A stretch of 63,453 bases of DNA, filler included. It is 7 parts of 7 records of this genome, joined end to end, with 100 filler letters (N's around TTAATTAATTAA, not from the genome) between each part and the next. Parts side by side here need not be neighbours in the genome. Positions count along the whole stretch, not along the records: positions 37,617 to 49,760 come from SRR20825006_2366; 6 more parts are not named here. The stretch is one strand, 5' to 3'. The notes under the pieces are model-generated. The model was not told the DNA's origin. It made no database searches and saw only the letters and a list, made by a program, of their open reading frames with translations. Shown here in pieces: positions 38,420 to 48,571 of the stretch. A program made the position numbers and the translations under genes. The stretch's first letter is position 1. The number at the start of each line of letters is the position of its first letter.

Positions 38420-38818
38420 TTAGTTGGCCGCGTTCACAAAGGGAAAGATGTCAGTAATCCCGAGTACATCGGTAATGAAAAACACCAGCACAACAAAGGC
38501 GAGTAAACCCACCGCACCAGCACCGGCGGGCATATCGTCCATGTTCGCTTTTAGGCTGGCCAGCTCATCTGCCGTCAGCGCATCGATGCGGGTATCGACA
38601 TCGTCGATAGAGATACCGAGGTCAAGCAAGCGCTCGCGAACATCGTCGCGGTCGAGCGCCGACTTCAACGCCGCCTTGTCCTCTGCAAGGCTGTACTCAC
38701 TGATCGTCACCGACGTATCGACCATGGCCGCAGAGGCCGTCGTCGCGGCCAGGCCCATCCACGAGAGCAATACACTCATAAAGATCGCGGCTAACTTTCG
38801 TGATTTATTAAATTTCAT
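38420..38818 (-). CDS. PA2779-family exported/membrane protein
   Basis: Signal peptide, RIDALTADEL, PAG, then hydrophobic ...ITDVLGITDIFPF; adjacent to the PA2778-like gene. Confidence 0.82.
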   Translation of the reverse strand: MKFNKSRKLAAIFMSVLLSWMGLAATTASAAMVDTSVTISEYSLAEDKAALKSALDRDDVRERLLDLGISIDDVDTRIDALTADELASLKANMDDMPAGAGAVGLLAFVVLVFFITDVLGITDIFPFVNAAN

Positions 38819-38901
38819 ACTCTCTCCCATTTTTTCGAAAAAGATTACCTGCAGAGCTGACCGTGAAACGCTCCGCCATATCGTCCAGCGTTACGTGCTA
38901 G

Positions 38902-39441
38902 CTAGCCCTCCGGGTTTTCCAGCACCAGCTCGCCATTAACAACAGGAATCTGCTCGCCCGGGCGCTGCGCTAAGGTAACGGTGCCCGCCTCACCATCAAG
39001 ACTATAGCTGACTTCATAGCCAGTGACGCGCTGCTTAGGATCTTGCAGGGTTTGGCAGCGGCGCTCTGTGCGGGTCTGCACATTCTTGCTCTGCATATCT
39101 TCCTGAATACGCTTGCCCGCGTAGCCACCTGCAGCCGCCCCCGCCACTGTTGCGAGCTTTTTACCGTTCCCGCCACCCACTTGCTTACCGATAACCGCGC
39201 CGAGTACAGCGCCGACTACCGTGCCGGCTATTTGATTGCCGTCGCGGCTCGGTGCCTGCTCCTGCACCACCTCGTCGTAACACTCTTCACGGGGGACAAA
39301 ATAGGTTTCGGTAATTGGCTCAACAGACAATACCTGCGCATAGCGCGGCTGCGACTCCAGGTAGTGGTAACCGCCATAGCCACCCGCCGTGGCCAGCGCA
39401 ACCGCACCAACACCAGCGGCAACAACTGCAAACTTAGACAT
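38902..39441 (-). CDS. Glycine zipper 2TM protein (YcfJ-like)
   Basis: GTVVGAVLGAVIGKQVGGGNGKKLATVAGAAAGGYAG; two Cys; GYEVSY. Confidence 0.88.
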   Translation of the reverse strand: MSKFAVVAAGVGAVALATAGGYGGYHYLESQPRYAQVLSVEPITETYFVPREECYDEVVQEQAPSRDGNQIAGTVVGAVLGAVIGKQVGGGNGKKLATVAGAAAGGYAGKRIQEDMQSKNVQTRTERRCQTLQDPKQRVTGYEVSYSLDGEAGTVTLAQRPGEQIPVVNGELVLENPEG

Positions 39442-39564
39442 TGTTATCTCCTCTTACTGATACTTCTCTGACCAGCGAGCGCCGACAAAGTGCGCCGCTA
39501 AAAGGAACAACAATTTACAGTCGCCGTTCAGCTGCGGTTCAGCGACATCTTTGCCTGCTGACAA

Positions 39565-40332
39565 CTACAGTAAGATCACTAAGTAGATAAGTATTTCACT
39601 CAGTTGCTGCGCCGCCCCCAGTGCATCTCCGGTATACCCTTGTATACGGCGCGACAAATACCGCCCAAAACCCAGCCGAAAGCCCCCCAAAATCAGCAAC
39701 AAGAGCAGCCACTGCGAGGCCTGTGCAAAGCCTAATAACAGCAGAACAGGCAGCCCTGCCAATAGCCAGTCACGCAGTGATAGCGCGGTCGCCAGAGGCT
39801 TCGACTTTCCTTCACCGCTCACATAGGGCATATCGATCAGAAAGGAGATGGCCAGCCAACGGCTCACCACTTGCGCGATAAGGATTCCGCCAACCGCTTG
39901 GGCGATCGGCATCGCCGCCAAGCTCGCTGCCTTAATGGCTAGCACCATGAATAACGCGGCGGTGCCATAGCTGCCGATGCGCGAGTCTTTCATGATGCGC
40001 AGCACGTCATCGCGGCGCCATCCGCCGCCAAAGCCATCGGCGCTGTCGGCCAAACCATCCTCATGAAAGGCGCCTGTCAGCAACAAGCCCACTGCCATAC
40101 TCAACAGCACCGCCAACAGCGGGTTATTAAACAGCGCAAAAAAAACCAGCAAGGCAATCGCCGTTACGCCACCAATCAGCAGCCCCACGAGAGGAAAGTA
40201 GCGCGCTGTACCATCAAGCTTTTCGGGGCTGAAGTCAGGGTCTTGGGGAACAGGAATACGACTCAAAAAGCCCAGCGCCAGCAGGAATATTTGCCACTCG
40301 CGACGCAGTGACGCTTTATCAAAGGGGGGCAT
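39565..40332 (-). CDS. cobS: Adenosylcobinamide-GDP ribazoletransferase
   Basis: TGAFHEDGLADSADG, IMKDSRIGSYG and GYTGDALGA motifs. Confidence 0.95.
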   Translation of the reverse strand: MPPFDKASLRREWQIFLLALGFLSRIPVPQDPDFSPEKLDGTARYFPLVGLLIGGVTAIALLVFFALFNNPLLAVLLSMAVGLLLTGAFHEDGLADSADGFGGGWRRDDVLRIMKDSRIGSYGTAALFMVLAIKAASLAAMPIAQAVGGILIAQVVSRWLAISFLIDMPYVSGEGKSKPLATALSLRDWLLAGLPVLLLLGFAQASQWLLLLLILGGFRLGFGRYLSRRIQGYTGDALGAAQQLSEILIYLVILL

Positions 40333-40379
40333 AGGAGAGGGCTCAGTGATTAAAAACCCTGCGATTCCAGCACAGGCAA

Positions 40380-40405
40380 TTAAGCCCTGCAAGGGCAGGG
40401 CTTAA
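40380..40405. terminator. Stem-loop downstream of hsp20
   Basis: ttaagccctgc-aagg-gcagggcttaa, 11-bp stem. Confidence 0.55.
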
Positions 40406-40413
40406 CAGGGGGC

Positions 40414-40818
40414 CTATTGAACGGTGATACGACGCGGCTCCGCTGCCGCAAGTTTAGGTATGTGTAGCGCCAGGACGCCGTTTTCTACCTTGGCAGCAAT
40501 CTTCTCCTGATCCACGGTATCGGGCAGCGAGAAGCGGCGAACAAATTCTCCTTGCCAGCGCTCGTTTACCGCCAACTTTGCGTCGGCATAGTCGATAGTG
40601 CGCTCGCCCTTAACCGTTAGCACGCCGCCGTCAACGCTGACCTCAATCGCCTCTCGGCTGATACCGGGAACATCCATACTTAGCAGGTAGGCGTCGCCCG
40701 CCTCACTGATATCCACAGCAGGCGCCCACGCACGACGCGCCTTCTCGGCCGGCTCACCGCGGCTATCAAAATTGCGGCTTAGGTCTCCAAATAATGTGAA
40801 GGGCAGATAGCTATTCAT
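40414..40818 (-). CDS. Hsp20/alpha-crystallin small heat shock protein
   Basis: PAVDI, DVPG, FVRRFSLP and NGVL motifs. Confidence 0.93.
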   Translation of the reverse strand: MNSYLPFTLFGDLSRNFDSRGEPAEKARRAWAPAVDISEAGDAYLLSMDVPGISREAIEVSVDGGVLTVKGERTIDYADAKLAVNERWQGEFVRRFSLPDTVDQEKIAAKVENGVLALHIPKLAAAEPRRITVQ

Positions 40819-40872
40819 AAAACCACCTCCAATAACGCTTCAACACAATTTCAGCTTTCGCTGTTGAACATT

Positions 40873-40901
40873 ATCTGGGTATTGGCGTCGCATATTTCAA
40901 G
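40873..40901 (-). promoter_or_regulatory. Candidate sigma32 (RpoH) promoter of hsp20
   Basis: Minus strand CTTGAA-15 bp-ACCCAGAT versus consensus CTTGAA-N13-17-CCCCATNT. Confidence 0.6.
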
Positions 40902-40981
40902 TGCATGTCGACACGCTATTAGCTCTGCTACACTTGTCGCGCAGCACAAACTCCTCTTTTTTCTGGTTAAAGGACAACGAT

Positions 40982-41461
40982 ATGAGCATCCAAGCTGGCG
41001 ATAAAATCCCCGACGTTACGCTCAAAGTTATGGGCGAAAAGGGCCCCCAAGACATCACCACTGGCGATATATTTAGCGGTAAGAAAGTTGTGCTGTTTGC
41101 CGTGCCCGGTGCCTTCACCCCCGGCTGTAGCCTCACCCACCTACCTGGCTATGTCGTACACGCTGACACAATTAAAGCCAAGGGTGTCGACAGCATCGTG
41201 TGCATGTCGGTCAACGACGCTTTTGTGATGGATGCCTGGGGTAAGAGCCAAAACGCTGAACAGCTGCTCATGCTCGCCGACGGCAACGCAGAACTCACCG
41301 CCGCACTGGGCCTGGAAATGGATGCCAGTGGCTACGGCATGGGCAAACGCAGCCAGCGCTTTGCGTTGATTGCAGAAGATGGTGTCGTAAGCTTTATTGC
41401 CGTTGAGCCAGCCGGTGGCGTCGATGTCAGCGCCGCTGAAAAGATTATTGAACAGCTGTGA
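40982..41461 (+). CDS. Peroxiredoxin (Prx5 type)
   Basis: VPGAFTPGC, SVNDAFVM and RSQRFA motifs. Confidence 0.94.
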   Translation: MSIQAGDKIPDVTLKVMGEKGPQDITTGDIFSGKKVVLFAVPGAFTPGCSLTHLPGYVVHADTIKAKGVDSIVCMSVNDAFVMDAWGKSQNAEQLLMLADGNAELTAALGLEMDASGYGMGKRSQRFALIAEDGVVSFIAVEPAGGVDVSAAEKIIEQL

Positions 41462-41468
41462 TCCGGGA

Positions 41469-42272
41469 ATGAATAGTGTTGAGCACCGCCCCCAGGTGCT
41501 GGTGTTCGACAGCGGTGTCGGTAGCCTGAGCATCGGCGCCGAAATCCACCATTTGCTTCCCGATATTGACCTGCTCTACGCGATGGATCGCGGCGGCTTC
41601 CCCTACGGCATGTGGCAGGAGGATGCACTGGTAGAACATATTCTCCAGCGTATTCACACCTTGCTACAGCGCCATCGCATCGATATCGTGGTGGTCGCAT
41701 GCAACAGCGCCAGCACCGCCGTGCTACCCAGTTTACGACAGCAAGTCTCTCTTCCCGTTGTCGGCGTCGTACCCGCAATCAAGCCCGCCGCCCTGCAAAG
41801 TAAAAGCCGTGTTATTGGCCTGCTCGCCACGCCCGGCACCATAAAACGTCGCTACACTGCCGAGCTAATCGACACCTTTGCCAGCGACTGCACCGTGCTA
41901 TCGGTAGGAGCAGAAGCGCTGGCACCGGCGGTGGAAGCGTTATTCTGGCAGGACGAGGATTCCCCTGACGTTTGGCAGAGCGTGGCAGCCGCATTTCACC
42001 AGCACCCCAGCGCAAAAGCGCTGGACACAGTTGTATTGGCCTGCACCCACTTCCCGCTGGTTAAACCACAACTAGCCAAACACCTCCCGGGAATCAATTG
42101 GATAGATTCTGGTGAAGCGATTGCGCGGCGAGTGAAAGATTTGCTTGAAAATAATCGCTACATTCGCGGAGGCAAGGGGCGTCAACGCGCGTGTATTCTC
42201 GGGGCAGAAGCGGCCAGCCAGACTCTGGGCGATAAGCTCGCCACCCGCGGCATTGAACTCATCGCAGATTAA
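41469..42272 (+). CDS. murI: Glutamate racemase
   Basis: FDSGVG, ACNSAS, VPAIKPA and LACTHFP motifs. Confidence 0.95.
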   Translation: MNSVEHRPQVLVFDSGVGSLSIGAEIHHLLPDIDLLYAMDRGGFPYGMWQEDALVEHILQRIHTLLQRHRIDIVVVACNSASTAVLPSLRQQVSLPVVGVVPAIKPAALQSKSRVIGLLATPGTIKRRYTAELIDTFASDCTVLSVGAEALAPAVEALFWQDEDSPDVWQSVAAAFHQHPSAKALDTVVLACTHFPLVKPQLAKHLPGINWIDSGEAIARRVKDLLENNRYIRGGKGRQRACILGAEAASQTLGDKLATRGIELIAD

Positions 42273-42597
42273 AGCGCTCAGCCTCGCGGTTATAACGCTC
42301 CACCGCCGCCGACATCTCCGCCATCGCGGTATTGTAACGAGCGATGCGCTCTAACCGGCGTTGCGCCGTGTCATAACCGGTTCCCTTGGCGGTTTTTTCC
42401 ATGGCGTCCAGGCACTTTAGGTAACGGCCTTGCTCGTCGACATAACGCTCGAGTTGCTGGCGCAGCTGTTGCATCTCGTCGCGGCTTGCCGCCTCGCCAT
42501 CGGGGAACTGCTTGGGCGGCGCAGGCAGTTTGCAGGCCGCCCAGCTGGATAGGGGCATCAGGCAAACGATCCAAAGCAGGATGACTGCGCGCTTCAT
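42259..42597 (-). CDS. Small exported helical hypothetical protein
   Basis: Signal peptide MKRAVILL...SWAAC; PDG; YLKCL; RBS ggag. Confidence 0.7.
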   Translation of the reverse strand: MKRAVILLWIVCLMPLSSWAACKLPAPPKQFPDGEAASRDEMQQLRQQLERYVDEQGRYLKCLDAMEKTAKGTGYDTAQRRLERIARYNTAMAEMSAAVERYNREAERFNLR

Positions 42598-42647
42598 TGC
42601 ATCTCCAGAAAGAGTAGGTTGCGCACTAGTATAGCCGCTAGCCATAC

Positions 42648-42677
42648 AAAAAAGGGCGCCCAGTTGGACGCCCTTTT
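42648..42677. terminator. Intrinsic terminator after the Rieske oxygenase gene
   Basis: aaaaaagggcgcc-cagtt-ggacgccctttt. Confidence 0.75.
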
Positions 42678-42706
42678 CATTTATCTGACCAGATTCACAC
42701 TTGCCC

Positions 42707-43720
42707 TTACAGCGAGCGTGGGTCGAAGCCACCGGCATAGAACTGAGAATACCATTTGCGAAATTTCGCGATAGGGCCGTCGCCGTCACACAAAATTGGC
42801 AGTGGGCGATAGATCTTGTTTTCCCAGATGGGCTTATCTTCCTCAAGCTGGCCAACGATATTGGCGATAATCGCCGCGTTCACGCCACCTTTCTGTACTT
42901 CACCGTTAACCTTGGGCTGGGTGAAAGCAAAACGCACGTGTACCGTCTCTTGATCGATCGGCGTCGTGAGACCCATCAGGAACGTATCGGCAATGCCTTC
43001 AAACTTAGTAAAGCCCTGGCCTGGGCCAGCGCTACCAGTGTGAATAGCACCGCGAACTTCACCGCGCGGCGTGGGCATATTCGCCTTTTGCAGGCCGCGA
43101 ACCATTGGGCCGTCATAGGTTGTTTCCCACTCTGGGAAAGAGGCCGTACCGTGAACGTATTTAAAGTGAGCAGGGTCAGCGGCATTTTCCGCCATTTCCT
43201 GAGAGTGAGTATTCAGAATCCACTCGTAGCGATCCAGCGGCGACCAGTCATCGGAATTCGCTTCCTCGTGTTCGATCACTTCCCACATTGGCGACTCACC
43301 TTCAGGGTGGTACCACGCCCAGATCACCTGGTTCACTTCACGCACAGGGAAAGACTTCAGGCACTTCTGGCCGGCAATCTTAGGTGGCATATTCTTCGCG
43401 TAAGGAACCTCAACACACTCGCCCTCGGGGCTAAATTTCCAAGAGTGGAAAGGGCAGACAATGTTATTGCCTTCAATGCGGCCACCGCCGGTACCGGAGC
43501 GCTCGTGAATACCGTGGCCCAGGTGAGCACCGAGGTGGGGACAGTACGCTTCCATCAATACCGCGCGACCAGCCTCGGTACGAAACAGCACCAACTCTTG
43601 GCCGAAGTAATGCACAGCGCGGGACTGGCTGGGAGCCAGTTCGTCAGAAAAAGAAACCGCAAACCAACCATACGGCATGGGCATTGGGTAGCGTTTTACG
43701 GTAGTTGTTGTGCTAGTCAT
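42707..43720 (-). CDS. Rieske non-heme iron oxygenase (KshA / sterol desaturase-like)
   Basis: CPH...CPFH Rieske site; ENAADPAHFKYVH iron motif; DKPIWENK. Confidence 0.85.
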   Translation of the reverse strand: MTSTTTTVKRYPMPMPYGWFAVSFSDELAPSQSRAVHYFGQELVLFRTEAGRAVLMEAYCPHLGAHLGHGIHERSGTGGGRIEGNNIVCPFHSWKFSPEGECVEVPYAKNMPPKIAGQKCLKSFPVREVNQVIWAWYHPEGESPMWEVIEHEEANSDDWSPLDRYEWILNTHSQEMAENAADPAHFKYVHGTASFPEWETTYDGPMVRGLQKANMPTPRGEVRGAIHTGSAGPGQGFTKFEGIADTFLMGLTTPIDQETVHVRFAFTQPKVNGEVQKGGVNAAIIANIVGQLEEDKPIWENKIYRPLPILCDGDGPIAKFRKWYSQFYAGGFDPRSL

Positions 43721-43905
43721 TGGCTTGTCCTCAGCTCTAACGCATTAAGATCGCCGCAAGGCGGCTAAAAACCCTATAAAAAGAAGGCCTATTCACGGCT
43801 TCCAGAGTAAACGTTGCCAGCAGCCAGACAATGACAAAATGAGACATCCCACTGGCAAAATACGACAGTGGGGGATTCTAAGGCCAATAAAAAACGGTCT
43901 CTTCG

Positions 43906-44619
43906 CTACTGGCGCCAGCTGCGAAGCTTCTCCATGAACACATCGGCGCCCATGCGAATTAGCGACTCATCAGCAGAACCGGGCTTGGCACCGGTGTAAA
44001 TAATGGCTTCTTGTACAGCGATTTCCTTGGCGACATCTTCCAGTGTTTGCTGGCCCACCTCTTCGCCGTCAGCCGTTTCAATACGCCCCTCGGCCGCCGC
44101 ACGGATCTGCGCCGCCTGCTCACTGTCTGGATCTATCCCCGCACGCTCCATCACCGCTATGGCAGCAAAACGCTCACTGGCCTGGCGGTGTGAAATCGCT
44201 TCACCGTGCGCATTATAAGCACCGTCGTTGGGCTTATCCGCAATTTCTGGCGATTGCCCCATGCTTATGCGAATCATCGCCGCCTCTTGCGAATAGGGGT
44301 CGACACCCGCTTTTTTGACCGCCGCCTCTACGGCGACGGCATCTGCTAATGCGCTGGCCGATATCGCCTGACCAAAGCGGTCGTAGACCCGCCAATCGGC
44401 ACGCGCCTGGGCACCACCTGCGTTGCCCTTGGCGGCGTAGGTATCGCCAGTTTTTTGCTTGTTTTTACCGTGAGCATGCCCCTGTGCGGGCTCTCCCGGT
44501 GCTTTATTCTGGCCGGGCGCATGGGCCTTGCCGTAAGCATTGCCATTTCCGGGTTCAGCTTGCACAAGGCTTGCGCAGGCAAGCAGCATTACAATCGCCA
44601 GGCTGTATTTCATAAACAC
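43906..44619 (-). CDS. Exported hypothetical protein with three internal repeats
   Basis: Signal peptide; G/K/H-rich linker; repeats G(Q/E)AIS...AG(V/I)DPxSxxAAxIR. Confidence 0.7.
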   Translation of the reverse strand: MFMKYSLAIVMLLACASLVQAEPGNGNAYGKAHAPGQNKAPGEPAQGHAHGKNKQKTGDTYAAKGNAGGAQARADWRVYDRFGQAISASALADAVAVEAAVKKAGVDPYSQEAAMIRISMGQSPEIADKPNDGAYNAHGEAISHRQASERFAAIAVMERAGIDPDSEQAAQIRAAAEGRIETADGEEVGQQTLEDVAKEIAVQEAIIYTGAKPGSADESLIRMGADVFMEKLRSWRQ

Positions 44620-44678
44620 TCTCTCAACATGTTATTGCTTACAGGCTACCCGCCCGCAGGCTGTGATAATATCGACGG

Positions 44679-45671
44679 ATGACTACAGCCACTCCGCCAC
44701 TGCAAGATCGATTTGGTCGCCAGGTAGACTACCTGCGCCTCTCCGTTACCGACCGCTGCGATTTTCGCTGCGTCTACTGCATGGCCGAGGACATGACCTT
44801 TCTACCCCGGCGCGACATCCTTAGTCTGGAACAACTCTACGACATTGGCGCCGCATTTGTGCAATTGGGTGTCACAAAAATTCGTTTGACCGGCGGCGAA
44901 CCGCTGGTGCGCCGCAATGTGCTATCTCTGGTGGAGCGCTTAGCGTCGCTGGACGGCCTCGAACAATTAAATATGACCAGCAATGGCGCCCAGCTGGATC
45001 GCTATGCTGAGCCCCTGTATCGCGCGGGCTTAACCGGCATCAATATCAGCCTGGACAGCCTCCGCGAAGATCGCTTTAAAGAGCTGACGCGCGTTGGCGA
45101 ACTGAGCAAGGTATTGGCCGGCATCGACGCCGCCAAAGCCGCCGGTTTTGAGCGGATTAAATTGAATGCGGTCATTATGAACGGCCGCAACGACGACGAG
45201 ATCCTGGACTTGGTGGATTTCGCCCGCGACCGCCACGTCGATATCAGCTTTATTGAAGAAATGCCCCTCGGCCATATCAGCGAGCACGACCGGGCCCTCA
45301 GCTTCTGTAGCAGCGACGAAATTCATCAGCGCATAAACGCGCGCTACCCACTTACCGCCAGCGCAGAAACCAGCGGCGGTCCGTCGCGCTACTACCGTAT
45401 GGCTGACAGCGCAAGTCGGGTTGGTTTGATCTCGCCCCACAGCCACAACTTCTGCCATCTCTGCAATCGCGTGAGGCTGACTGTTGAGGGGCGTTTATTG
45501 CTTTGCCTGGGCAATGAATACTCCGTCGACCTCAAAAGCGTTCTGGAAAACCAGCCAGAGCAGCTTCAGCAACGTATTATCGACGCCATGGACATCAAAC
45601 CTGAGCGCCACCACTTCGACCTGAATGATGAGCCTCAGATCGTGCGCTTTATGAATACCACTGGCGGCTAA
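44679..45671 (+). CDS. moaA: GTP 3',8-cyclase MoaA
   Basis: [22 protein letters not shown]...CL and C-terminal GG. Confidence 0.97.
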   Translation: MTTATPPLQDRFGRQVDYLRLSVTDRCDFRCVYCMAEDMTFLPRRDILSLEQLYDIGAAFVQLGVTKIRLTGGEPLVRRNVLSLVERLASLDGLEQLNMTSNGAQLDRYAEPLYRAGLTGINISLDSLREDRFKELTRVGELSKVLAGIDAAKAAGFERIKLNAVIMNGRNDDEILDLVDFARDRHVDISFIEEMPLGHISEHDRALSFCSSDEIHQRINARYPLTASAETSGGPSRYYRMADSASRVGLISPHSHNFCHLCNRVRLTVEGRLLLCLGNEYSVDLKSVLENQPEQLQQRIIDAMDIKPERHHFDLNDEPQIVRFMNTTGG

Positions 45672-45677
45672 GGCGCC

Positions 45678-46160
45678 ATGCAAGCGCAGCAAATTATCGA
45701 GCAGCTTAAACTGGAAGCCCACCCCGAGGGTGGCTATTTCAGGCGCAGCTTTACCCACCCACAAACCACTGGCGACGGCAGTGCGCAGCGCCCGCTGATG
45801 AGCAGCATCTATTATTTGCTCACCGCCGACAGCGCCACTGGCTACCTGCACCGCAATCGCAGCGGCATCCTGCATTTTTGGCAGGGCGGCTCCCCCCTTC
45901 ACTACACGCTCTTGAAAGAAAGCGGCGATGTTGAGCACCTTGTCATGGGGCCAGACCTCGAAAAGGGACAGCATCTGCAGCTCTATGTGCCCGGCGGATG
46001 GTGGAAAGCCTCCCAGCTCAAAGAAGGCGACTACGGCTTGATCTCCGAAGCGGTTAGCCCGGGCTTCGATTACCGCGACCATGAATTTGCCAACGCCGAC
46101 GATATTCAGGCAGGCTACCCACGGCACTGGCAATCTCTGCAGCAACTAGTGCGGCCCTAG
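45678..46160 (+). CDS. Cupin (DUF985/Cupin_5)
   Basis: LEAHPEGGYF, SIYYLL and VSPGFDY motifs. Confidence 0.9.
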   Translation: MQAQQIIEQLKLEAHPEGGYFRRSFTHPQTTGDGSAQRPLMSSIYYLLTADSATGYLHRNRSGILHFWQGGSPLHYTLLKESGDVEHLVMGPDLEKGQHLQLYVPGGWWKASQLKEGDYGLISEAVSPGFDYRDHEFANADDIQAGYPRHWQSLQQLVRP

Positions 46161-46181
46161 GCAGCGAACACAGGACTCTGT

Positions 46182-47105
46182 ATGAATACGGCGAGACAAG
46201 CCATCGATGAACTGATTTCACAGCTGGCCGAGCAGGGCTACATCGCCAGCGAGCAAATCGCTACCACCCTGCACCTTGCCCGCGCGCTCCAGCGCCCTAT
46301 TCTGATTGAGGGGCCGCCCGGCGTTGGCAAGACCGAGCTCGCCAACGCCAGCGCGGCGATGCTCAAGTTACCGCTGTTTCGACTGCAGTGCTACGAAGGT
46401 TTGGACGAAAGCAAGGCACTGTACGACTGGAAATACAGCAAGCAACTGCTCTATGTGCAAGTGCTAAAAGAGCAGCTACAAGGCATTCTTGGCGGCGCCA
46501 ACGACCTGTCCGCAGCCGTGGAACGCCTGCACAACTTCGATGACATTTTCTACTCAGAGCGGTTTCTGGAACCTCGCCCTCTGCTCAGCGCGCTGCAAAG
46601 CGATGACGGCGCCGTACTGTTGATCGATGAAATCGACAAAGCCGACTACGAATTTGAATCGCTGCTGCTGGAAATCCTCGCCGACTTCGCGGTCACCCTG
46701 CCGGAAATTGGCACCCTGCGTGCCAAACACAAGCCGCTGGTGCTTTTGACCAGTAACAATACCCGCGACCTCAGCGATGCGCTCAAGCGACGCTGCCTGC
46801 ACCTGTACATCCCCTTTCCCGAAGCAGAGCTAGAGAGCCGCATCGTGCAAAGCCGGGTACCAGACGTCGCCGACAGCCTGCGCCAACAGCTGGTCACTTT
46901 TGTGCACGGGGTTCGTCAGCTCGACCTGAAAAAACAACCGGCCATCAGCGAAACGATCGACTGGGCGCGCAGCCTGCTTCTGCTGCATGCCGACAGCCTG
47001 TCCGCCGCACTGGTTGATGACAGCCTGAATGTGCTGCTGAAATACGAGGAAGATATCAACATCGTGCGGCCTGAAATCACTCGCCTACTCAGCCAGCGTT
47101 ACTGA
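46182..47105 (+). CDS. MoxR/CoxD-like AAA+ ATPase
   Basis: EGPPGVGKT, RLQCYEG, LIDEIDK and DALKRRC motifs. Confidence 0.92.
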   Translation: MNTARQAIDELISQLAEQGYIASEQIATTLHLARALQRPILIEGPPGVGKTELANASAAMLKLPLFRLQCYEGLDESKALYDWKYSKQLLYVQVLKEQLQGILGGANDLSAAVERLHNFDDIFYSERFLEPRPLLSALQSDDGAVLLIDEIDKADYEFESLLLEILADFAVTLPEIGTLRAKHKPLVLLTSNNTRDLSDALKRRCLHLYIPFPEAELESRIVQSRVPDVADSLRQQLVTFVHGVRQLDLKKQPAISETIDWARSLLLLHADSLSAALVDDSLNVLLKYEEDINIVRPEITRLLSQRY

Positions 47106-47111
47106 AACAAC

Positions 47112-48470
47112 GTGGAAGCCACCTTACTGCAGTTTATTCGCCACCTGCGTCATGCAGGAGTCGGTATTTCCACCGCAGAAACGCTAGACGCCATGCAAGT
47201 TGCTGTCAGCCTTGGCTATGGTGATCGCCAGCTTTTACACGACGGCTTGGCGAGCTGCCTAGCGAAGTCAGAGGAACAACGTCAGTTGTTCAGCCGCTGC
47301 TTCGCCCAGTTCTTTGACCTGGCAGAAACACCCAACGACACCACACACACCGTCAACCCAGAGGCACAAGAAGACCGCAGTGCCGACGACGGCGAAACCG
47401 CGGGCGAGGGAGAGGGCCAAGGGCAGGGTGGCGGTGGCGGCATGGGCAGCGATGCACTGCGCGCGGAGCTGATGCGCGCCGCAGGCGACGTCGACCTGGC
47501 CGCAATGCAATACCCCACCCAACGCGGCATATTCCGCCGCCGCATCCTCGACGCCCTCAATGACAGCGGCCGCCGCGAGCGTATCGCCCAATTGGCCAGT
47601 GGCAGCCCACCAGAGCAACAACAGGCTCGGTGGCTGGAACGCGAGCGGGAAACGCAACTGGCACAACTCAGCGAATTGCTAGACCGACAGTTATTGCTCA
47701 ACAACAATGCCGCTACCCGCGAGTTTCAAGAAACCTTAATGCGCGATAGCCAGCTGTCGGCACTGGACACCTACTACCGCGACCGCCTGCCGCCGCTGGT
47801 ACGCAAGCTAGCCAAAAAACTCGCCGCCAAGCACCGGCAGCGTTATCGGCGCGCCAAACGCGGCCGCTTAGACCTCGGCAAGACCTTGCGCCGCAACATC
47901 GCACTCGGAGGGGTTCCCTTCCATCGCTACTGGAAAAGCACCCGCCGCGAAAAAAGCGAAATTTTTGTGCTGTGCGACCTCAGTGGCTCAGTTAGCAGTT
48001 GGTCGCAAGTGCTAATGCTGTTTATGCAGGCCCTGGCCGACGTACTCCCCAACACACGCAGCTTTGTTTTCTGTGGCGGAAGCGTTGAAGTCAGCGAGCT
48101 ATTCCGCCAGCACGATGCCGACGAGGCCCTCGCGATTATTCAGCAGCGCCACGGCATGGGCAGCAGCGATTACGGCCGCGCACTGAGCAGCTTTCGCCAG
48201 TTAGTTGAAGAGCGCGTCAATCGTCGCAGTACCATCATTATTCTCGGCGACGGCCGGGGCAACGGCGGCGACACCGGCATTGCCGCACTGCGAGAACTCT
48301 ACCACCGCGCCCGCCTGGTGCTGTGGTTCAATCCAGAATCCCAGGGCCGCTGGAATACCGGTGACTCGGAAATACGCCGCTACCAGACGGCGTGTCACTA
48401 CGTGGCGGAATGCGGTTCACTGCGCAAGCTCGAGCGCTTGCTGGACGAGCTGCTGACACTGATTCGGTAA
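47112..48470 (+). CDS. VWA-domain protein (CoxE-like)
   Basis: DLSGS MIDAS, SDYG, LGDGR and WFNPE motifs; follows the MoxR gene. Confidence 0.9.
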   Translation: MEATLLQFIRHLRHAGVGISTAETLDAMQVAVSLGYGDRQLLHDGLASCLAKSEEQRQLFSRCFAQFFDLAETPNDTTHTVNPEAQEDRSADDGETAGEGEGQGQGGGGGMGSDALRAELMRAAGDVDLAAMQYPTQRGIFRRRILDALNDSGRRERIAQLASGSPPEQQQARWLERERETQLAQLSELLDRQLLLNNNAATREFQETLMRDSQLSALDTYYRDRLPPLVRKLAKKLAAKHRQRYRRAKRGRLDLGKTLRRNIALGGVPFHRYWKSTRREKSEIFVLCDLSGSVSSWSQVLMLFMQALADVLPNTRSFVFCGGSVEVSELFRQHDADEALAIIQQRHGMGSSDYGRALSSFRQLVEERVNRRSTIIILGDGRGNGGDTGIAALRELYHRARLVLWFNPESQGRWNTGDSEIRRYQTACHYVAECGSLRKLERLLDELLTLIR

Positions 48471-48571
48471 AAAACGGCAAATATTGCCATTAGTTTCGCA
48501 AGCGGTCGTGCCGAGCGCGAACAAACTGTTTACTATTAGCCCCGCCGACAAGCAGGAATCCGCGAGTCATC

